Shown here one piece after another: positions 20,198 to 24,000 of a stretch of DNA of 24,000 bases. The position numbers were made by a program, and so were the translations under genes. Every line of letters begins with the position of its first letter. The first letter of the stretch is position 1. This DNA is from Actinomycetaceae bacterium (GTDB taxonomy: Bacteria; Actinomycetota; Actinomycetes; Actinomycetales; Actinomycetaceae), in the NCBI GenBank assembly GCA_030537795.1, contig JAUNVE010000007.1, positions 9,891-33,890 of the forward strand, read 5' to 3'. The notes below the pieces were generated by a model, which was not told the DNA's origin, searched no databases, and worked only from the letters and a program-made list of their open reading frames with translations.

Positions 20198-21130
20198 CTA
20201 GCGTTTATGCATCAAAGCGATTCCGTGTGTGGTGACGGCGACGATGAGGCCGATGGTTCCACCTACGGGCATCGTCATAGCCAGGGCGATAGCCGTGGAA
20301 TTGTTGGGAGTGGCAATCATACCCGTCAGTGTCGTCACGAGTGGAATGAGGACCATACACGGAATCAGTAAAACTGCCCACACAGCCAACTGGACGCCCA
20401 TTACAGAGCGGGTCGCCAACCATGTCAGTAGAAATGCAATCAGGGCGATAGCAAATGCAATCAGCGCAGTGTGCAGGCCCGGTGAACCGAACTCTCGCGT
20501 CGACCGAATAATGAGTGGCCCGGCGGAACGCGGCGCTAAGGCATAGACGAGAATCAGGAGGGCTACCGCCAAGAGAAGTGCCGTTAGTGTGATCATTAGG
20601 CCCTCGTATTTTGGTCGCTCCTGAGTGAATTCACCATCGCCTTTTTTCCTCCGGACATAGCGAGTGGCGAGGGTGGCAGCCAAACATACGAAAAACACCA
20701 CCAGTGGTAGCTGAGACCACTGGAGTAAAGCCTCGACCTCCGAAATCACTATGTCGGAGGAAAACCATGTTTCGTACACGATGGTGATGGCAAAAACCGC
20801 CGCCCAAAAGGTGAGGGCGGCGGGGCCGATGGTCGACCAGCGGGAAGAATGTGAAATAAGCGCGATGAGGACAGCTGAAACGAGAAGTCCCAGCTGTCCG
20901 CCGGGCGAACCCAGCGGAGTACCGGTTGCGCCGACGGCCTGCAGTAGTCCCACCGAGTTGTAGAGCAGGCCCAGCGCTATGGGGGACAGAATGGCGGAAA
21001 CAATAAACAGCGTGCGTCGACCCAGTTCGAGATCAGAAATAGCGCGCCGCGGAGGGTCGGTAATCGAGGATGAAAATGCGGGCACAGGTGAGTTCTGTTT
21101 GGAAAAGAAAGTGCCGTGCAATCCGCTCAT
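20198..21130 (-). CDS. Hypothetical polytopic membrane protein (about 8 TM)
   Basis: Track ORF 20198-21160 trimmed to ATG (complement of 21128-21130): MSGLHGTFFSKQNSPVPAF... Repeated hydrophobic segments are separated by short loops, with one basic cytoplasmic loop (RYVRRKKGDGEFTQERPKYE). I recognise no family motif. It is on the same strand as, and upstream of, the acidic membrane protein and the hydrolase. Confidence 0.55.
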   Translation of the reverse strand: MSGLHGTFFSKQNSPVPAFSSSITDPPRRAISDLELGRRTLFIVSAILSPIALGLLYNSVGLLQAVGATGTPLGSPGGQLGLLVSAVLIALISHSSRWSTIGPAALTFWAAVFAITIVYETWFSSDIVISEVEALLQWSQLPLVVFFVCLAATLATRYVRRKKGDGEFTQERPKYEGLMITLTALLLAVALLILVYALAPRSAGPLIIRSTREFGSPGLHTALIAFAIALIAFLLTWLATRSVMGVQLAVWAVLLIPCMVLIPLVTTLTGMIATPNNSTAIALAMTMPVGGTIGLIVAVTTHGIALMHKR

Positions 21131-21179
21131 ATGCTCACTGTAACAGTGGATTTTACACAATTGTCGTTAAGCTGGATCT

Positions 21180-21995
21180 GTGGATCATGACATCGGGTGG
21201 GCCGATATCGACAGGGCCGTGAGAGAACGTAGCGTAACCGATCGGATTCGTGCCATCGATCAGGCCATTATTGATTTACGATTTGCAGAAGGGCTCCGCC
21301 GAAACTGGGAGGCGGTCCGCGCAGAAACTAATATCCAGCTGGCCTATGTGGAGGCCGCATCTGATGGTGCACGCACTAGCCTGGAGCACCTGCGCTTAGC
21401 ATCAATAGGCAGGGCCGGCGCAACAGATCCGGCGGAGGCGCTGGCGCTGGATTACTGGCGTGCACATTTGTGGATCAGCCAGCAGTGGCCCCCTCTCAAT
21501 ACGCGTCAACCAGTGCGTATACCGCATCGCCCTCTGCCGGTGGTGGTTGCTTCCGCGCATAAATTCGTGTGTGCGCGTTTGGTTGGCGAAACATTGACGG
21601 AAAATGCCATCGCGATTCCATCCGATAGTGCAAGTGTTCGTGTCTTTATCCGGATACTTTCTTCCTCTCTTCCAGTACCGACTCGCAGTGCCCTGGCTAT
21701 TGCCTGGGCGTATGCACATCCATTCTTTTCGGTCGCGAGCCAAGAGGTAGCGCGTGTTGTGGTGCGACATGTCATGGTGACCACAGGTTTTGAGCCGACC
21801 GGAACACTGGTGTGGATGCATCCGTTTGTTGAACATCAGGCCGAGGTGAAGCACGTTCTGCAGGAGGTGGATTGGGCCGAACCCCAAACGGTGGGTCGGT
21901 GGGTGAAAACGTGGATCACGCTGATGGGCAAAGCGGTGGACCCTACCTTGGAGATGATCCGGCATGTGCAGGCTGGGACAGTGCCAAAAACGTAA
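21180..21995 (+). CDS. Hypothetical protein with a degenerate Fic/DOC-like core motif
   Basis: 271-aa ORF with a GTG start; the start is uncertain. The segment SALAIAWAYAHPFFSVASQEVARVVVRHVMVTTGFEP aligns to the Fic core aa..H..f..IHPF.(D/E)GNGR..R.l.n..L...G.P. The helix and HPF are kept, and the R-to-G spacing (11 residues) is kept. The anion-binding (D/E)GNGR loop is replaced by SVASQE with one extra residue. Confidence 0.4.
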   Translation: MDHDIGWADIDRAVRERSVTDRIRAIDQAIIDLRFAEGLRRNWEAVRAETNIQLAYVEAASDGARTSLEHLRLASIGRAGATDPAEALALDYWRAHLWISQQWPPLNTRQPVRIPHRPLPVVVASAHKFVCARLVGETLTENAIAIPSDSASVRVFIRILSSSLPVPTRSALAIAWAYAHPFFSVASQEVARVVVRHVMVTTGFEPTGTLVWMHPFVEHQAEVKHVLQEVDWAEPQTVGRWVKTWITLMGKAVDPTLEMIRHVQAGTVPKT

Positions 21996-22056
21996 TGCTT
22001 AAGCGTCTTATCAACGCGGTTAGCTGCAGGGTTGCGCCCGGAAGTTCAGTCGTTGT

Positions 22057-22830
22057 TCAGCGCCGTGACAGCTGATGGCGTGCCGCTAATCCAGCCAGGA
22101 TAAATCCGATCAGTCCGACCGCGGGGAGGGCGATACGGTAGCGCCGGAGCCTGACAGTGCGGGTAAAGGACCGAATAGCCCAGTTGCGTTCTTTGGCGAC
22201 TTTGCGCAATTGCCGGTCGGGGTTGACCGCCACCGGGCGGCCAACCAATTCCAGTAGGGGGAGGTCAGAAATAGAATCGGAATAGGCCCAGCACTGAGAT
22301 AAATCCCACCCCTGCTGCTGGGCTAAACGTTCAACGGCGATGGCCTTAACGCCTCCGTGATTAAAGTCGTCAAGCTGGCCGGTGAGTCGCCCATTGACGA
22401 TTTCAACCTGTGTTGCGAGTGTGAAGTCCGCCCCAAGAATAGCGGCGAGAGGGTCCACGAGAGGGGCCGGTGAGGCTGAGGCAATAACGATTGCGTGGCC
22501 GGCTGCTCGGTGCATTTCGATGGCATCGAGGGCGTCGATATAACACAGTGGGTGGAGGGATGAACTGGTGGCGGCGCGTACGATTTCGCGCACGGATTCG
22601 GCATTCCACCCGTGAGAAATGCGTGCCAACTGAGCGCGCATACGAGCGTTGCGGTCTTCGGCTTCACCAAATAGTAAGTAAGGCAGTTGTACGAGGGTGG
22701 AAGCCAACGCATCCGATCTGGATAAGAACCCGGCTTTTCGTAGTGGACCGTGCATCGCCAAAGCAGAGGATGTTGCCACAATGGTTTTGTCGAGGTCGAA
22801 AACTGCGGCTACCTGCCGATACTTGCTCAT
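22057..22830 (-). CDS. HAD-IB family hydrolase (SerB-like phosphatase) with a C-terminal membrane anchor
   Basis: Track ORF 22057-22881 trimmed to ATG (complement of 22828-22830): MSKYRQVAAVFDLDKTIVATSS (motif I, D.D.T), VIASASPAPLV (motif II), ...GGVKAIAV... (motif III Lys), AYSDSISDLPLL (motif IV). It ends in a hydrophobic segment, IALPAVGLIGFILAGLAA. Its position beside the ssd/tadA genes mirrors Rv3661 in M. tuberculosis. Confidence 0.8.
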   Translation of the reverse strand: MSKYRQVAAVFDLDKTIVATSSALAMHGPLRKAGFLSRSDALASTLVQLPYLLFGEAEDRNARMRAQLARISHGWNAESVREIVRAATSSSLHPLCYIDALDAIEMHRAAGHAIVIASASPAPLVDPLAAILGADFTLATQVEIVNGRLTGQLDDFNHGGVKAIAVERLAQQQGWDLSQCWAYSDSISDLPLLELVGRPVAVNPDRQLRKVAKERNWAIRSFTRTVRLRRYRIALPAVGLIGFILAGLAARHQLSRR

Positions 22831-22932
22831 ATGCACCTGCCTAACCAACGCTGTTTGCGCTACTGTACGAGTTTTCCACAACCGGTGGGTGGTGGACTTT
22901 CCTCATATCCGTCATCGTGTTGCAATCACGCT

Positions 22933-23745
22933 ATGAGCATCGTTCTATCTATTGACGATACCGCGCTTTATACGCATGTCGTACAGTTACTGGCGTTGAT
23001 CGGACAGAATCCAAGTGATCAACCGCATCCGGGGTGCCTTGAGATCACGGACCGTATGCGAAGCGTGCGATCGGAGCATGCGGTAGTGCGATTGGGGGTC
23101 GATATCTGCTTACCGGAGGATGACGAAGTTCTACTCAGTTTGATAGATCAGGCGTTATCGGCGACTGCGCGGGCGCCGATTCTATGTGTTGTCGGGGCAT
23201 GTGGAAGAGCAGGTGTGACCAGCACGGTTATTCGACTCGTTTCGCAATATCGCGGCGATCATCCGTTGACCATCGTCGATTTATCTGACGATCCTCTGTT
23301 TCCAGCCCGGTTGGAGGTGTGTGCGAAGCCACCGCGAATTTTGACGTGGGAGGCGATTGATAGTGAACGCGGATCGGCTTTAACGCGCCTGGGAACCGAA
23401 TCGATTGCGATCGTGAGTGCCGCACAGGCGCCGCCGCCATTCCATCCGGCCGAATGGATAGCGACGGTGCAACATCGGGGGCCGGTACTTGTTGATGCTG
23501 GGCGGTGTTCACCGGCAATTGCCGCCATGATTCGACAACTGGACGCTTTTACCTATTTGTGCTGCCGCCACGCCTCCAGAGCGCAAATTGAAGCTGCCGT
23601 GACGCGGTTGCAGATGGATTCACAGCGAATCTTTATCCCCGCACGCCCTCCCCGCAACGCGTGGGCTGACCGTGCCCGTTGGATCAGACGAGGTGGCGAT
23701 CAGCGCCTGGTGGCTCTGCTGGCATCGGGGGAAAGCGATGGATGA
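22933..23745 (+). CDS. Ssd/TadZ/CpaE-like ParA-MinD-fold protein with a degenerate P-loop (Tad pilus locus accessory / septum-site-determining-like)
   Basis: Track ORF 22750-23745 trimmed to ATG 22933 (MSIVLSIDDTAL...). The upstream part overlaps the HAD gene start and promoter. The P-loop-like segment ILCVVGACGRAGVTSTVIRL sits where the deviant Walker A G.(K/R)GG.GK(T/S) is expected, but the Lys is missing. It is followed by TIVDLSDD and VLVDAGR. It lies directly upstream of, and overlaps by 8 nt, the TadA/CpaF gene. Confidence 0.5.
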   Translation: MSIVLSIDDTALYTHVVQLLALIGQNPSDQPHPGCLEITDRMRSVRSEHAVVRLGVDICLPEDDEVLLSLIDQALSATARAPILCVVGACGRAGVTSTVIRLVSQYRGDHPLTIVDLSDDPLFPARLEVCAKPPRILTWEAIDSERGSALTRLGTESIAIVSAAQAPPPFHPAEWIATVQHRGPVLVDAGRCSPAIAAMIRQLDAFTYLCCRHASRAQIEAAVTRLQMDSQRIFIPARPPRNAWADRARWIRRGGDQRLVALLASGESDG

Positions 23746-24000
23746 CAGGTGGCCGCAACTGCGGGCCCAGTTAGCTGACGGTAAGGACGCCTCTCAGGCT
23801 GTGCATGCTACCTCCGCTCCGACAGTATCAGTACCGGAGCTGGTGAATACGTGGCGAGATCTGCGTGCTTCAATGGCGGGACCGGGGCGTGCCATCGAGG
23901 AACTGCTAGCCGATCCGGCGGTTACCGATGTGCTTATCAATCCAACCGGTCTATGGGTGGATCGTGGAGGCCGGTTGCAATCCACTGCCATTGAGCTGGG
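23738..24000 (+). CDS. tadA: Tad/Flp pilus secretion ATPase TadA/CpaF, N-terminal 87 codons (runs off the right edge)
   Basis: Absent from the ORF track because it has no in-window stop. My translation is MDDRWPQLRAQLADGKDASQAVHATSAPTVSVPELVNTWRDLRASMAGPGRAIEELLADPAVTDVLINPTGLWVDRGGRLQSTAIEL. The block L.DP.VTDVL(V/I)N....(V/L)WVDRG is the conserved N-terminal-domain signature of CpaF/TadA-type ATPases. Confidence 0.7.
   Translation, partial: MDDRWPQLRAQLADGKDASQAVHATSAPTVSVPELVNTWRDLRASMAGPGRAIEELLADPAVTDVLINPTGLWVDRGGRLQSTAIEL

Noticed and set aside
22750-22932. 61-codon N-terminal extension of the Ssd-like ORF
   Set aside because: It overlaps the start of the divergent HAD gene (22830) and its promoter. 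The Cys/His-rich translation looks non-genic. ATG 22933 leaves a normal 102-bp divergent gap.

Overview
This looks like a chromosomal segment of a moderate-GC actinobacterium. The evidence is a WhiB-family regulator, a Crp/GlxR-type regulator, and a gene order resembling M. tuberculosis (nth - crp - whiB4 - ponA - metallophosphoesterase, then HAD hydrolase - Ssd - TadA). I call 24 protein genes. Two are cut by the window edges, and one is a 52-codon gene absent from the ORF track. I also call one tRNA-Pro(CGG), four intrinsic-terminator hairpins and several candidate regulator-binding sites. I saw no rRNA, CRISPR array, transposase, integrase or phage structural genes. Order, left to right: (1) purB (partial). 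(2) A small WXG-motif protein translationally coupled to a 502-aa protein that has an Esx-like N-terminal helical domain (YxxxD) and a C-terminal class-3-lipase-like hydrolase. (3) A DUF360 holin-like membrane protein. (4) PPK2. (5) A YwiC-like membrane protein. (6) An ebg-type operon (EbgA-like GH2 beta-galactosidase, EbgC-like subunit, APC permease) with a divergent LacI-family repressor and two identical 12-bp palindromic operators. (7) An FMN reductase. (8) tRNA-Pro. (9) Metallophosphoesterase and class A PBP. (10) whiB4-like gene, DUF4177 micro-gene, crp and nth. (11) A four-gene block of unknown function: an alpha/beta hydrolase with degenerate catalytic motifs, an extremely acidic disordered membrane protein, a polytopic membrane protein and a divergent protein with a degenerate Fic-like motif. 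(12) HAD-IB hydrolase. (13) The start of a Tad/Flp pilus locus (Ssd/TadZ-like protein, then TadA/CpaF, partial). The two best candidates for something undescribed are the WXG/YxxxD-lipase pair (a possible type VII secretion substrate outside the PE/PPE paradigm) and the four-gene unknown block between nth and the HAD/Tad genes. All family calls come from reading motifs by eye and from memory of the families. No database search was run.
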